Source: a virus (Duplodnaviria; Caudoviricetes). Taken from it: a stretch of 37,065 nt of DNA. Location of the stretch: IMG/VR virus record IMGVR_UViG_3300025718_000018, positions 1 to 37,065 of that record. One strand, written 5' to 3'. Shown one piece after another: positions 1-9,024 of the stretch. A model generated the notes under the pieces. That model was not told the origin of the DNA. It did not search any database and saw only the letters and a list, made by a program, of their open reading frames with translations. The position numbers were made by a program, and so were the translations under genes. The first letter of the stretch is position 1, and every line of letters begins with the position of its first letter.

Positions 1-36
1 AGCCTATATTTTGCATAACAACGGGTTTCCACGGCC

Positions 37-127
37 ATGACTCGTTTAACCCCTCCCCCAAGCGGCCCGCTTGATCAACGCGCCTTGCTGCGTCAATTTT
101 TTGACGCCGCGGTGGCCGCAGCTCAAC
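37..127 (+). pseudogene. 5' fragment of host glycerate kinase type-2 / TtuD (MOFRL) family gene, interrupted by the prophage
   Basis: Translates MTRLTPPPSGPLDQRALLRQFFDAAVAAAQ and joins in frame to the right flank (PALCIPAHLPPPPKGRTIVIGAGKASAAMAR). Confidence 0.8.
123..127 (+). repeat. Target-site duplication TCAAC (left copy)
   Basis: Identical to 36919-36923; a 5-bp duplication is typical of Mu. Confidence 0.9.
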
Positions 128-138
128 AGTAGCGCGAC

Positions 139-211
139 GTTTAGTTTGAACCGGGCGAACGTTTGATTTGATCCAGCATTTTCGCCATATTTCAGCGCAT
201 CTTTGATCCAC
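139..211 (+). repeat. Putative transposase-binding repeats, com/MTase end (Mu R-end-like)
   Basis: GTTTAGTTTGAACCGG (139-154), GTTTGATTTGATCCAG (161-176, 22-bp period) and a partial TTTGATCCA (202-210). Confidence 0.8.
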
Positions 212-235
212 CATTAAACGAACTTCAAACCCGCC

Positions 236-1072
236 TTAAACGCCTGGCTTGAAGTTGCTGATGATCAGCTCGCCCTTTGGCTCCCGACCACGCCCCGAGG
301 CCCCGACCGTGTAACTGATACTGACCCGCTTGATGTGGTGGCCTTTGAAGGCTTTGCGCATCTCCGGTATGTCATTCACGCTCACGACCGCCTTACCCTT
401 CATAGCGTCCATCAGCTGGGCCATCAGATCGTACTGATCGAGCCCAAAGGCGACGCCATAGCCCTGAGTGCCCCAATACGGCGGGTCGAGGTAGAACAAG
501 CTGTGGGGGCGGTCATAGCGTTTGACGCAAGCCGACCACTCCAGCCTCTCGATAAACACCTGGTGCAGCCGAAGGTGGACGGCGCTCAGTTGTTCTTCCA
601 TGCGCAACAAGTTGAGCCCCGGCCGGGACGTGGTGGCCGTGCCAAAGGTCTGCCCAGTTACCTTGCCCCCAAAGCCAAGCCTCTGGAGATAAAAGAACCT
701 GGCTGCGCGCTGAATATCGGTCAAGGTCTCGACTGGAGTGGCTTGCAACCACTTGTAAAGCTCACGGCTGGCCAGCGCCCACTTGAAGTGCCTGACAAAT
801 TCCTCCAAGTGATGCTGCACCACCCGATATAGAGTGACCAGGTCGCCATTCACGTCGTTCAGAACCTCCACCTTCACCGGCTGTTTAAGGAAAAACAGCG
901 CAGCCGCTCCGCAAAATGGCTCGACGTAGCAAGCGTGAGAAGGAAACAGGGGCAGGATGTGCGGGGCCAGTCGGCGCTTGCCTCCTACCCATTGAACCAT
1001 GGGTGCGGCCTGAACCATGTCCTGGTCGACCGGATTGCTAAAACGCGCCTGAGGTTCTCGTTCTGTCGTCAT
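236..1072 (-). CDS. DNA adenine methyltransferase (D12/Dam-like family) at the mom position
   Basis: WVGGKRRL, YVEPFCGAA (SAM binding), VLND and FYLDPPY (catalytic) motifs. Start at 1072 overlaps the com 3' end; alternative start at 1018. Confidence 0.92.
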   Translation of the reverse strand: MTTEREPQARFSNPVDQDMVQAAPMVQWVGGKRRLAPHILPLFPSHACYVEPFCGAAALFFLKQPVKVEVLNDVNGDLVTLYRVVQHHLEEFVRHFKWALASRELYKWLQATPVETLTDIQRAARFFYLQRLGFGGKVTGQTFGTATTSRPGLNLLRMEEQLSAVHLRLHQVFIERLEWSACVKRYDRPHSLFYLDPPYWGTQGYGVAFGLDQYDLMAQLMDAMKGKAVVSVNDIPEMRKAFKGHHIKRVSISYTVGASGRGREPKGELIISNFKPGV

Positions 1073-1232
1073 CTTTCGATCCGTTTCTAGATGACGCTCT
1101 GAGGCGTTCAGGCTGGGGGCTCTCGGCCCTCAAGTCATTGAGCACCCGGCAACGCGGGCACTTGATCTGCAATCTCTTGTAATCCCCGACGCACAGCAGC
1201 TTGCCGCAGGCGCCACATCTCACTTCTTGCAT
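1038..1232 (-). CDS. com: Com-family zinc-finger translational regulator
   Basis: VRCGACGKLL...IKCPRC zinc ribbon; lies upstream of and overlaps the DNA modification gene as in Mu; GGGGA RBS. Confidence 0.9.
   Translation of the reverse strand: MQEVRCGACGKLLCVGDYKRLQIKCPRCRVLNDLRAESPQPERLRASSRNGSKDDDRTRTSGAF
1093..1109 (-). promoter_or_regulatory. Putative Com-binding RNA hairpin
   Basis: GAACGC-CUCAGA-GCGUC hairpin about 20 nt upstream of the MTase ATG; resembles the Mu Com operator as I recall it. Confidence 0.55.
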
Positions 1233-1251
1233 GTCGGCATCCCCGATAATG

Positions 1252-1356
1252 CCCTGGCCTAGCTAGGTGGCAGGGTCTTCGGTCAATGCCGTGCGTATTC
1301 ACGGCGGAGGCGTTTGCTCAAGGTGTTGGTTCACCGAGAGCATTCGCCCTGTTTTT
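1252..1356. ncRNA. Structured intergenic RNA element upstream of com (strand uncertain)
   Basis: Hairpins at 1288-1305 and 1309-1348; closing stem CAGGG(1271-1275)/CCCTG(1347-1351) followed by TTTTT. Confidence 0.5.
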
Positions 1357-1452
1357 AACAAAATTACTTCACAACTCTCGCCACCGTGACGATAGCGGTG
1401 TGGCTTGTGTCAGCGATATGTCTCGCTGCTTGTACATGTCGCATGTTATGCA

Positions 1453-3705
1453 TCAAGCGAAATATGGCGTGTAAGTCACATTACGGAGCCTCAATTGCCC
1501 AGCGGATGCTTTTTTTGTCGCAATAAATCCTCCCTCAACAACACTTCCGACGTCAATCGTGACGACAGAACCAATCTCAACATCGTCAATAAACAAGGTC
1601 AGACTCCCTGTGATTTTGTCGAAGTGAATCCTGTAGGTATGCTCTGCTGATCTATAGTCAACGGCCGTCGAAACAACTGTATCGGCAGGCCCATTTAGCA
1701 CATAAGTGACGCCAGTGAGAATCCAATTCCACGAGTAAGTTGGGTGCCCTGCGCCGTCAAGCTGGAAAACGATGGGGACCCACATGCCTGATGTGGGTCC
1801 GTTGGTGTACGGCAGGCAGAATAAAGCGACCCCATCGTTAGCCGCCAAAGTTGCTTTGAATTCGAGATCGAAAGACGAGTTATCAATTTTTATTGATTTC
1901 TTTGCCTCAATCGAGGCTGCAGCCCATTGATGGATTGATGTAAGCGTCCCATAATTAACAGAGGCATAAGATACCTCCTCATTAGAGGTAAAAGCTTTCG
2001 AATTCTTTAGCGATGTCCTGAGCCGAAGGCCTTCCACTTCAACGGGCGAACCATTGCCAGTTATGGTTATTACATAGTCTCCAGGTGGCACGTTTGTGGA
2101 AATCAGCACCTCATTTTGCAATACATGGTATGAGACTGGCACTCGCGCATCGTGGCAGCTTACTGTTTTTGACAATGCGTTTATTGTGATTTTGACATTG
2201 CCCGAAAGCGCCGAATTAATAGCCATCACCGCATGAATATCAAGCCCCGTCCTGTCAATTTTGACAGCAAAGGAGACAGAGTTATTGATAATTAAATTGC
2301 CACTGAGTGCCAACGGCGTGAAGATTGAACCAGACGATCCGACCATTACCGAGCAGCCGTGATTTACGGGTATGACGCAAGGGGACTTGGCGCGGAAGGG
2401 CGTCATAAAAACCGACGCCATCGCCGCGCCTATGTGATCGTATCCAAGTTGTGTCGAGTGGACCCCATCAGCCAGGTAGGCCGGTTGTCCATATGTTGTA
2501 CCGCCTAAAACCGCATCAGAATCACTCAGCAGCAGCTCATAGAGTCTGTATTTATCCACTACAGAAATACTGAACTCTTTTGCAACAGTCCTCACAATTT
2601 CCGCATTTTGCGCAACCTTTGCATTTGCCACGCCTTGCGTATTGACGTTTGTCCCGTCGTAAAGAATTGGCGTGCTTGCTTCCAGTACACACAATTTCCC
2701 AGCATCGCGCGCGATTTTTACAAGCTTGACCAGGTAGTCTTTAAACAGATACGGGTCATAAGATACAGCGTCATTTAACCCGTAATTTATAAATATTACG
2801 TCAGAAGCATCCGCTGCAATATCCGCCACAAAAGTCGCTAAGCGCTGGGATGCTGTCTGCCCCGCAACACCTTTGTTGACGACGGTAATAAGCGTGTTGT
2901 TGAAATAACTTCTCAACAACGATTGCATTCTCGACGGAGCCGGCGTTTCCGCTTGCATGCCGCCCGTTGACTGCCCGTAAGTTGTCGAATCACCGTAACA
3001 AGAAATATTTACTGCGCCGCCGTTCAGCATCGTTTTCGATACATTCGGCAAGTAATTGAGATCAAACGGGCTCACGAATTCAAGCATCTTTGCTTGTGCG
3101 GTTTTTACTGCTTCCGCGGCGCGATTTGATTGATATCCGACGCGCGACAGTCCAGAGGACAAAGAAAGCACCGGAAAAACTCCAACACCCAGCGCCGGAT
3201 TCATCAATACCCACTTGTCCAGCGTCAGATCGTATTTCAGCGTAAGCCAGTGCCCGGCACCAGCAATGTCACCGTCTACCAGCGCCAGGCCGTTGCCTTT
3301 GACAATGTCCTTGGCGGCGATGACGCCATCGTGCGGGGTGAAGGTCGGCGTGGCTGTGGCATTGGCAGAAGCGGCCCGCAAGTACAGCGTCAGACCATTC
3401 ACCAGCTCAGGCACCACCGGCGTATAGGCCCCGACCAACACATCCGCGCTGCCGGTGGCGCTGGCGATAGAGTTCTTGCGTGACAAGACCGCAACAGCGT
3501 CACGCACTTGGGAGTAGGTCGCGGGCACAGTCTTGTTAAAAGCCGAAGGCACGAGATCGGCACCCTTAATCAGTTCCAACAACTCCCAATTCAACGCATT
3601 CAGGTCATCTGGAGACACTTCGGTAGCAATTGGATTGGTGCTTTGATGCATCCGTTTACCGGTGCTGATATCGGTCACATTGGCATCGCTTTGTGTGTAG
3701 TCCAT
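1453..3705 (-). CDS. Tail fibre/tailspike with SGNH/GDSL esterase domain
   Basis: Mu gp49-like N-terminus at the tail-fibre position. SGNH blocks CYGDSTT, NKGVAG, NYGLND and DGVH. Confidence 0.85.
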   Translation of the reverse strand: MDYTQSDANVTDISTGKRMHQSTNPIATEVSPDDLNALNWELLELIKGADLVPSAFNKTVPATYSQVRDAVAVLSRKNSIASATGSADVLVGAYTPVVPELVNGLTLYLRAASANATATPTFTPHDGVIAAKDIVKGNGLALVDGDIAGAGHWLTLKYDLTLDKWVLMNPALGVGVFPVLSLSSGLSRVGYQSNRAAEAVKTAQAKMLEFVSPFDLNYLPNVSKTMLNGGAVNISCYGDSTTYGQSTGGMQAETPAPSRMQSLLRSYFNNTLITVVNKGVAGQTASQRLATFVADIAADASDVIFINYGLNDAVSYDPYLFKDYLVKLVKIARDAGKLCVLEASTPILYDGTNVNTQGVANAKVAQNAEIVRTVAKEFSISVVDKYRLYELLLSDSDAVLGGTTYGQPAYLADGVHSTQLGYDHIGAAMASVFMTPFRAKSPCVIPVNHGCSVMVGSSGSIFTPLALSGNLIINNSVSFAVKIDRTGLDIHAVMAINSALSGNVKITINALSKTVSCHDARVPVSYHVLQNEVLISTNVPPGDYVITITGNGSPVEVEGLRLRTSLKNSKAFTSNEEVSYASVNYGTLTSIHQWAAASIEAKKSIKIDNSSFDLEFKATLAANDGVALFCLPYTNGPTSGMWVPIVFQLDGAGHPTYSWNWILTGVTYVLNGPADTVVSTAVDYRSAEHTYRIHFDKITGSLTLFIDDVEIGSVVTIDVGSVVEGGFIATKKASAGQLRLRNVTYTPYFA

Positions 3706-3714
3706 GACTATTCC

Positions 3715-4308
3715 TTAAACAAAATTCACATTCAACTGAAATCGTGCAGGCGCACATTTCTCTAGGTAGCAAGCCATCTCGGCCACGCCCGGTTGCCGCT
3801 TCACCAACCGGCTGCCGACGCGGCCAACGCCGACGCGCAACGGCTCAGCGGGCGTACTGACCAAGGCGTAAAGCATCCCGTCAAGCTGCCCCAAAGTGCG
3901 TCCAACCCGGTCGCGGCCAACGCGAAAAGGCGTGTTGTAGTGCACCTCCGCCACAAAGCCCAAATTGGCGCAGATGGCCTCCAGCGCGCCCACAGCTGCT
4001 GGGCTGCTGTCCGTGTAATACCCTTGTGGTCCGCGCAGCCGTGCGATAAGTCGCGCTTGCCGATCGTCAAATGTTTGAAGCGGTCCAAAGCACGCATCGG
4101 GTAATCCGGTCGCGTCTTCCCACTCTGGCAATCGGGTGTTCGTCGCATGCGGCAGCCACTGCCGCGCGGTATTGGAAACAAACTCATGCAGATCACCAAA
4201 GCTGGCCGCAATGCCCCCCAGCACCCGCATCAACACCGACTCCGGCGCACGCGGCCAGGCGTAGCCAGTCGGCAACAGGTAAGCAAGTGCCTGGGCGAAC
4301 TTGTCCAT
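3715..4308 (-). CDS. Baseplate protein, Mu gp48 / YmfQ (DUF2313) family
   Basis: LLPTGYAWP and LPEWEDATGLPD motifs; follows the gp47-like gene. Confidence 0.88.
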   Translation of the reverse strand: MDKFAQALAYLLPTGYAWPRAPESVLMRVLGGIAASFGDLHEFVSNTARQWLPHATNTRLPEWEDATGLPDACFGPLQTFDDRQARLIARLRGPQGYYTDSSPAAVGALEAICANLGFVAEVHYNTPFRVGRDRVGRTLGQLDGMLYALVSTPAEPLRVGVGRVGSRLVKRQPGVAEMACYLEKCAPARFQLNVNFV

Positions 4309-4309
4309 G

Positions 4310-5431
4310 TCAATCAAACGTCACCGTGCCCAGCATCAGCAGCTTCTCAAAGCTGTTGACCGTGAAAAACCCGCCGCTTACGATGGCCGGGGTACTGATC
4401 GTGTGGTTGTACTCACCCACCACCGAGCTGATCACCTCGGTTGCATGGCTGTGGGGAATTGACCCCCCTGGCACAGCTTCCCGGAAAAACAAATCTTTAA
4501 GCCCCGCCGTGACACTGGCCCTGATAACAGCGGTGTCCGGCGCCAAGTTGATCACCCAGTCAATAACCACGGGCGTCGGGATGATCACAAACAACTCATC
4601 AGGCGGACCACGCTTGGGGTCGCGAATGTAGTCCAGCACCTGATCCCGCTGGCCCAGCGTCGGCAAGCCCATGCCCGCATTGCCATCCGCCATGATGATC
4701 ACACCCGCAGTGGTCGGCCCGGCCGGGCAGCGCAGCCCCCATGCGCGTGTAATTCCCGGAACCTGCAACGCCCAGCGCGCATAGTCAGCCGGGCTTCCTC
4801 CCATTGGCTCGCTCGACAGGCGCTGCTGCAGCCGGTAGATGGCGTCCGCATCCGCCTCAACATCGGCCCCGCCGCTGGCGCCACTGGTGGCCGTAAAAGT
4901 CGCATCAATACCCGCAACCGGCGACACCAGCTTAAGTGACGAACTGTTGGCCAGGTTTCCTGCCGCACCCGCCACCACTGCGATGACCGAAGCCACTACC
5001 GCGCCGCCGCTGACCACCGCATCGATCGAGACACGGTACTGCCGCCCATCGTCCACCTGCAGCAGCGTGCCGGCCGCCAGCAGCGCGCCATTGACACCGG
5101 TGCCATTGACCTGGACAAAGGCGGCTGCGGCTTCCTTGCGCGTCATGCCATACGTACTCAGCCATCCGTCCAGGAATTCATCCGTTGATTGCGTCGGGAC
5201 GGCCTGGCGCGCCACAAAATCCCGCAGGTATCGATAGGCCCCGTGCAAGCCCACCGCCTGCACAAAGCTCAGCGCCGACACATTGCTGCGCGCCATGTCC
5301 AAGTCCGTCGCGCTCAGCTCGGCCGGTCGGGCCGTCTGTGCCGACTGGGCCAATGACTGCTGCAGTTGCCGGGCTACGTTCTGAGCCAACTCCTCAATGC
5401 TGGGGATCGGCACATTCAAAGGCGAGCTCAT
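4310..5431 (-). CDS. Baseplate J-like protein (Mu gp47)
   Basis: GGADVEAD and GGSPADYARWAL motifs; ATGA overlap with the gp46 stop. Confidence 0.92.
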   Translation of the reverse strand: MSSPLNVPIPSIEELAQNVARQLQQSLAQSAQTARPAELSATDLDMARSNVSALSFVQAVGLHGAYRYLRDFVARQAVPTQSTDEFLDGWLSTYGMTRKEAAAAFVQVNGTGVNGALLAAGTLLQVDDGRQYRVSIDAVVSGGAVVASVIAVVAGAAGNLANSSSLKLVSPVAGIDATFTATSGASGGADVEADADAIYRLQQRLSSEPMGGSPADYARWALQVPGITRAWGLRCPAGPTTAGVIIMADGNAGMGLPTLGQRDQVLDYIRDPKRGPPDELFVIIPTPVVIDWVINLAPDTAVIRASVTAGLKDLFFREAVPGGSIPHSHATEVISSVVGEYNHTISTPAIVSGGFFTVNSFEKLLMLGTVTFD

Positions 5432-6009
5432 TGCGCAAACCTCCGAATGCTGGTGCCCCAAAGCACGTCATAAACGGGACTCGGTTTACCCGGCCGGTAA
5501 ATCACCGGCCGCACCGCCAGCCGGTCATGCCGTTCGCCCACCCATTGCGTCGTCACATCGATGCGCGAGGCAATGCCATCACGAATCAACCAGGCCAGCG
5601 ACTCCTGGGCCGCAAAGCGCGCACGCTCCAGCGCCGAATCATCCGCTTTGCCAACGAAGCACAGCCACAACGCCGACCCCCACTGATCGCCCTGGGCTGC
5701 ACCCATGAACTCATCACCCACCCAGCCGCGCCGGTCATCCTGATTGAGCGGCAATGCATCGTCGCGCCCGGCCCGGCGGTCGGTGAAGAGACTGAGGATG
5801 ATGGCCGTGGCCAGCGTGTCTTCCAGGTCAACAGCGTAGGCCGCCAGCTGATCAACAGCCGGCTGCGGCGCACCGGTGGCGCTCTGGTAATCGGTCCAAG
5901 GGAAGGCCCGGCGCTCAGTCGGCAACACCAGGCGAAGATCAAACGGCACACCGAAAACAGCTGCCGCATCGGTGGTACTGGGCTGCGGACGGGTGGCAAG
6001 ATCAAACAT
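5428..6009 (-). CDS. Baseplate protein Mu gp46-like
   Basis: LATAIILSLFTDRRA, RRGWVGD, WGSALW, ESLAWLIRDG. Start placed at ATG 6009 from the promoter geometry. Confidence 0.9.
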   Translation of the reverse strand: MFDLATRPQPSTTDAAAVFGVPFDLRLVLPTERRAFPWTDYQSATGAPQPAVDQLAAYAVDLEDTLATAIILSLFTDRRAGRDDALPLNQDDRRGWVGDEFMGAAQGDQWGSALWLCFVGKADDSALERARFAAQESLAWLIRDGIASRIDVTTQWVGERHDRLAVRPVIYRPGKPSPVYDVLWGTSIRRFAQ

Positions 6010-6015
6010 GCAGCC

Positions 6016-6060
6016 AGTATCCGAAACCAGGGCGCGTGGGTCATGGTGAAACACTTCACC
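6016..6060 (-). promoter_or_regulatory. Putative late promoter (Mor/C-type box plus -10)
   Basis: GGTGAAACACTTCACC (6045-6060), 23 nt, GATACT, 6 nt, ATG. Confidence 0.75.
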
Positions 6061-6079
6061 ACACCCGCCGCCCGACGGA

Positions 6080-6595
6080 TCAGGCAGGCGGTCCGGAGGT
6101 TCCTGTGCCCAACTGGACGCCTGTATGCGCGTGCAGACTCATTTCCTTGCCCGTCACCTTCAGGCTCGTGGCGGCATCAATGGTGGGCGCCTGCATTTTC
6201 AGCTCCGCCACGATTTCTCCGGAGGCAGTCACTGTTGGAGTGTTGAAGATCACGCCAGCGCTGGCATTCACTATGAACTGATCGCAGTCCCACTCCACAA
6301 CGCGGCCCTCTTTTAGCCTGACCATGTGGCCTTCCTTGTGCCAGACCGCCACCTCGTAAGCAGCCAACTGCGGCCGCTCAGCAATGCGATCCAGCCGCAG
6401 CACGATGGTGTGCCCTCCGGCATTGATCACCAGGCCCTGGCCATCACCCGGATTTCCCGCAAAGCCATAGTCCTGCCAGCGTTCGACGTCATCCTTGGAA
6501 TCGTTCTCTGTCGCCTCTGTGCGCGCAGTCTGTACCTTGCCCTCTTTGACGCTGCGAATGCGGGCGCGGCGCAGCAGGTCACCCCACCAGCTCAT
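6080..6595 (-). CDS. Baseplate spike, Mu gp45 / gpV
   Basis: ERWQDYGFAGNP motif and C-terminal HAH metal-binding motif. Confidence 0.9.
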   Translation of the reverse strand: MSWWGDLLRRARIRSVKEGKVQTARTEATENDSKDDVERWQDYGFAGNPGDGQGLVINAGGHTIVLRLDRIAERPQLAAYEVAVWHKEGHMVRLKEGRVVEWDCDQFIVNASAGVIFNTPTVTASGEIVAELKMQAPTIDAATSLKVTGKEMSLHAHTGVQLGTGTSGPPA

Positions 6596-7713
6596 CGTCT
6601 CGCCCCATCGGGTGCGCGCCCAGGGTGGTTGGTCTCATTACCCTTGTTACCCCAGTTCCGGTGCTTGGGCTTGCTCTTGAGTGGCACGGTGTCATACGCC
6701 TCAATCGGGCGCACCAGCAACTCGGTCACATCGCCCTCCTTGAGGTCACAGGTCTGTTTGACGCTGCAAATCAGCCATTCATTCTTCCCATCCACGCCGG
6801 GGATTCCAGCCACATCGTCATAAATGGCTACGCGCTGATTCAGCGGCCAGGGCTCGCCCTCAAACGTCCAACCCTCTACCGTGTACCGAAAGCCCAGCGA
6901 ATGCCCGCGTCGCACCCGCGCCGTGTGCGCGGCCAGCGCCTGCAGCTCGGCCTTTGTTGTGTTGCCGTCGGCATTGATCACCAGCGGCAGGTAGCGCGTG
7001 ATCTCATCGTCCTTGGCCAACGCCTTGAGACCCCGCGCGGTCTCAAAATCGTCAACGGTGTTGCACTGGCCATAAACGATGTACTCGCTGTGCCGCTGTT
7101 CATCAGAGCCCACTCCCTCCATGGCAATCACATTGCTGCCGCGCCGAATTTCACCCTTGAACAGCTTCTTGCCTGCTTTGGTCAGCAGCAACTGGCCATC
7201 ATCGCTGCGCGTCACCATCACTCCGCGCAGCCTGGCAGCCCTGGCCAGCGCGTCCACCACCGTCTCACCGTGGGAAATCTTGAAGTCCTGAATCGGCGCG
7301 CCTAAATCAGCGTCCACCAACACCCGCAACCCGAACGGCTTCACCAAGTCCTTGCAGATGCGCTCCAGCCCGGCATTGCGCCATTGCCCGCCCTTGTGAA
7401 TCGCCGTGCAACGCACCAGGTCGCCGGTCCGGTCACGCCCGGTAATGCGCATGCCGCAATCCTTGCCGCGGTAGAACGGCTCGGCCGCCAGCACATAGCC
7501 GGTGATCACCGTCGAGCTGCCAATGCGCACCTGGACCTCATCCTGCCGCTTGATGGCGGGCGGGTCACCCGGCACCAGGCTCACCGGAATGCTGAACGTC
7601 CCGCAGATCGCCTCCAGATTGCGATCAACCTCGCTCTGAAGCCAACCCTCGTAGGCTTGACCACCTACCAATACAGTGATCTTGGCGTCATCGCGTGTGA
7701 ACTGTTTTTCCAT
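6592..7713 (-). CDS. Baseplate hub, Mu gp44 (P)
   Basis: GRDRTGDLVRC, GETVVDAL and W.LNQRV motifs; synteny. Confidence 0.9.
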   Translation of the reverse strand: MEKQFTRDDAKITVLVGGQAYEGWLQSEVDRNLEAICGTFSIPVSLVPGDPPAIKRQDEVQVRIGSSTVITGYVLAAEPFYRGKDCGMRITGRDRTGDLVRCTAIHKGGQWRNAGLERICKDLVKPFGLRVLVDADLGAPIQDFKISHGETVVDALARAARLRGVMVTRSDDGQLLLTKAGKKLFKGEIRRGSNVIAMEGVGSDEQRHSEYIVYGQCNTVDDFETARGLKALAKDDEITRYLPLVINADGNTTKAELQALAAHTARVRRGHSLGFRYTVEGWTFEGEPWPLNQRVAIYDDVAGIPGVDGKNEWLICSVKQTCDLKEGDVTELLVRPIEAYDTVPLKSKPKHRNWGNKGNETNHPGRAPDGARR

Positions 7714-7716
7714 GGT

Positions 7717-9024
7717 TCAGTCATGCCTCACGATACGCAGCGCCCGCCCAGGCGGCACCAGCAAGGGGTTGCGAATGTGCGGGTTCATCAAAAGGATTTC
7801 GTCCGCATAGGCTGCCGTGCCAAAAAGCTGGTAGCTGATGTACCAAACCGGCTGCCAGCTCTGCGGCGTGTAGCTGGTCAAGCGCACCAAGTCGCGGCTG
7901 CGCACCTGTAGGTCGCGTAGCGCGGCCGTCTGCAGCCCCAGCATGCCGTCATGCCACGAGCTTCCCGGCATCGTGTTGGAGGCCGGTGCCGCACTGGCCT
8001 CCGTCATCAAGCGCGTGATCTGCTCACTCACCGTGCGTCGCAGGGCAAGAGCCTCGTCGTAGTTCGCCAGCTCTACTGTCGCCGTCGCCTGCACATAAGC
8101 CGCCGTGGCCAGCGACTCCACCAGTTGATCACTTGCTGCCGTCAGGCTGGCCAGCAGCGCACGTGTGGCGCTCTCGGTTCCGATGGCATCGGCATGGCCC
8201 GTGCCATACATCACCAGGCCTGCGCCAACGGCTGGCATCACAGAGACTTCAAAGTCCGTTTTACGCAACCTTTTATCCAGGTCAAACACCCAACTGAATG
8301 CCGCCTGAAAATCCCTCGCCGCAGCCTGGCTCAAATCAGTCGGCAACTCGAACAAGGTGGCGATCTGGTCGGCCAGCAAGCGCGGCGTGCGCACCAGGTC
8401 ATTCAAACCGCTGTTCAATGCCTGGTAGTTGCCAATCACCTCGCTGGTGAAATCACCCAGCCCCTGGGTGACACGCGCCAGCTTGCTCCAGGTGGCTGCC
8501 ACTGCATCCTTGATGCGATTCACCGCCAGGTCTGCCGCCCAACCGGGCTTTTCTTTCAACACCCATTGCGCCGCAAATGCATCCTTGGCCGCCGCTTTGG
8601 CCAACTCGGCCTTACGGAAGGCCTCTTGAGGGGTGTTGGTTACGCCCTGCGGGTAACGCCTGGGCTCGGCCCGCACAAACGTCAGGTCAAAACGCGCCAG
8701 GCCACCCTCGGTAGTTGGCGCTTCTTTGATTGTGTACTTGCCTGCCACAAACACCCGCATCGAGCCAGCCGTGGGATGTACCAGAACGCCATCGCCCGTC
8801 AGAACTTCGCGCAACTTGTCCCGCTGATCGGTGTAGTCATCACCGATCACATAAGCGCTGAACTTGATTTCTTCTGCCGCCTCACCCATGCGGAAAACGG
8901 TCGGCAAGTCCTGAAACGGGTACTCCCGCAACACCACGTTGTCCCCGGCATGGTGCTCGATGCTGTCCACATGGAACGGCACGCCACGGAACGACGCGGG
9001 CAACAGTTGGTCTATCCAGCTCAT
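7717..9024 (-). CDS. DNA circularization protein, Mu gp43 (N)
   Basis: ASFRGVPFHV, EYP and GVLVHP N-terminal motifs; C-terminal NPHIRNPLLVP. Confidence 0.92.
   Translation of the reverse strand: MSWIDQLLPASFRGVPFHVDSIEHHAGDNVVLREYPFQDLPTVFRMGEAAEEIKFSAYVIGDDYTDQRDKLREVLTGDGVLVHPTAGSMRVFVAGKYTIKEAPTTEGGLARFDLTFVRAEPRRYPQGVTNTPQEAFRKAELAKAAAKDAFAAQWVLKEKPGWAADLAVNRIKDAVAATWSKLARVTQGLGDFTSEVIGNYQALNSGLNDLVRTPRLLADQIATLFELPTDLSQAAARDFQAAFSWVFDLDKRLRKTDFEVSVMPAVGAGLVMYGTGHADAIGTESATRALLASLTAASDQLVESLATAAYVQATATVELANYDEALALRRTVSEQITRLMTEASAAPASNTMPGSSWHDGMLGLQTAALRDLQVRSRDLVRLTSYTPQSWQPVWYISYQLFGTAAYADEILLMNPHIRNPLLVPPGRALRIVRHD

Noticed and set aside
993-1019. Direct repeat TGAACCATG at the MTase 5' end
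   Set aside because: Simply encodes MVQ twice; matters only for start-codon ambiguity.
1322-1335. Fifth late-promoter box upstream of com (GGTGTTGGTTCACC)
   Set aside because: Only one full half-site, wrong length and no -10 at the 23-nt spacing; better explained as an RNA hairpin.
1233-3705. Gin/G-segment inversion system or diversity-generating retroelement at the tail fibre
   Set aside because: No invertase, reverse transcriptase, inverted crossover sites or template/variable repeat pair seen.
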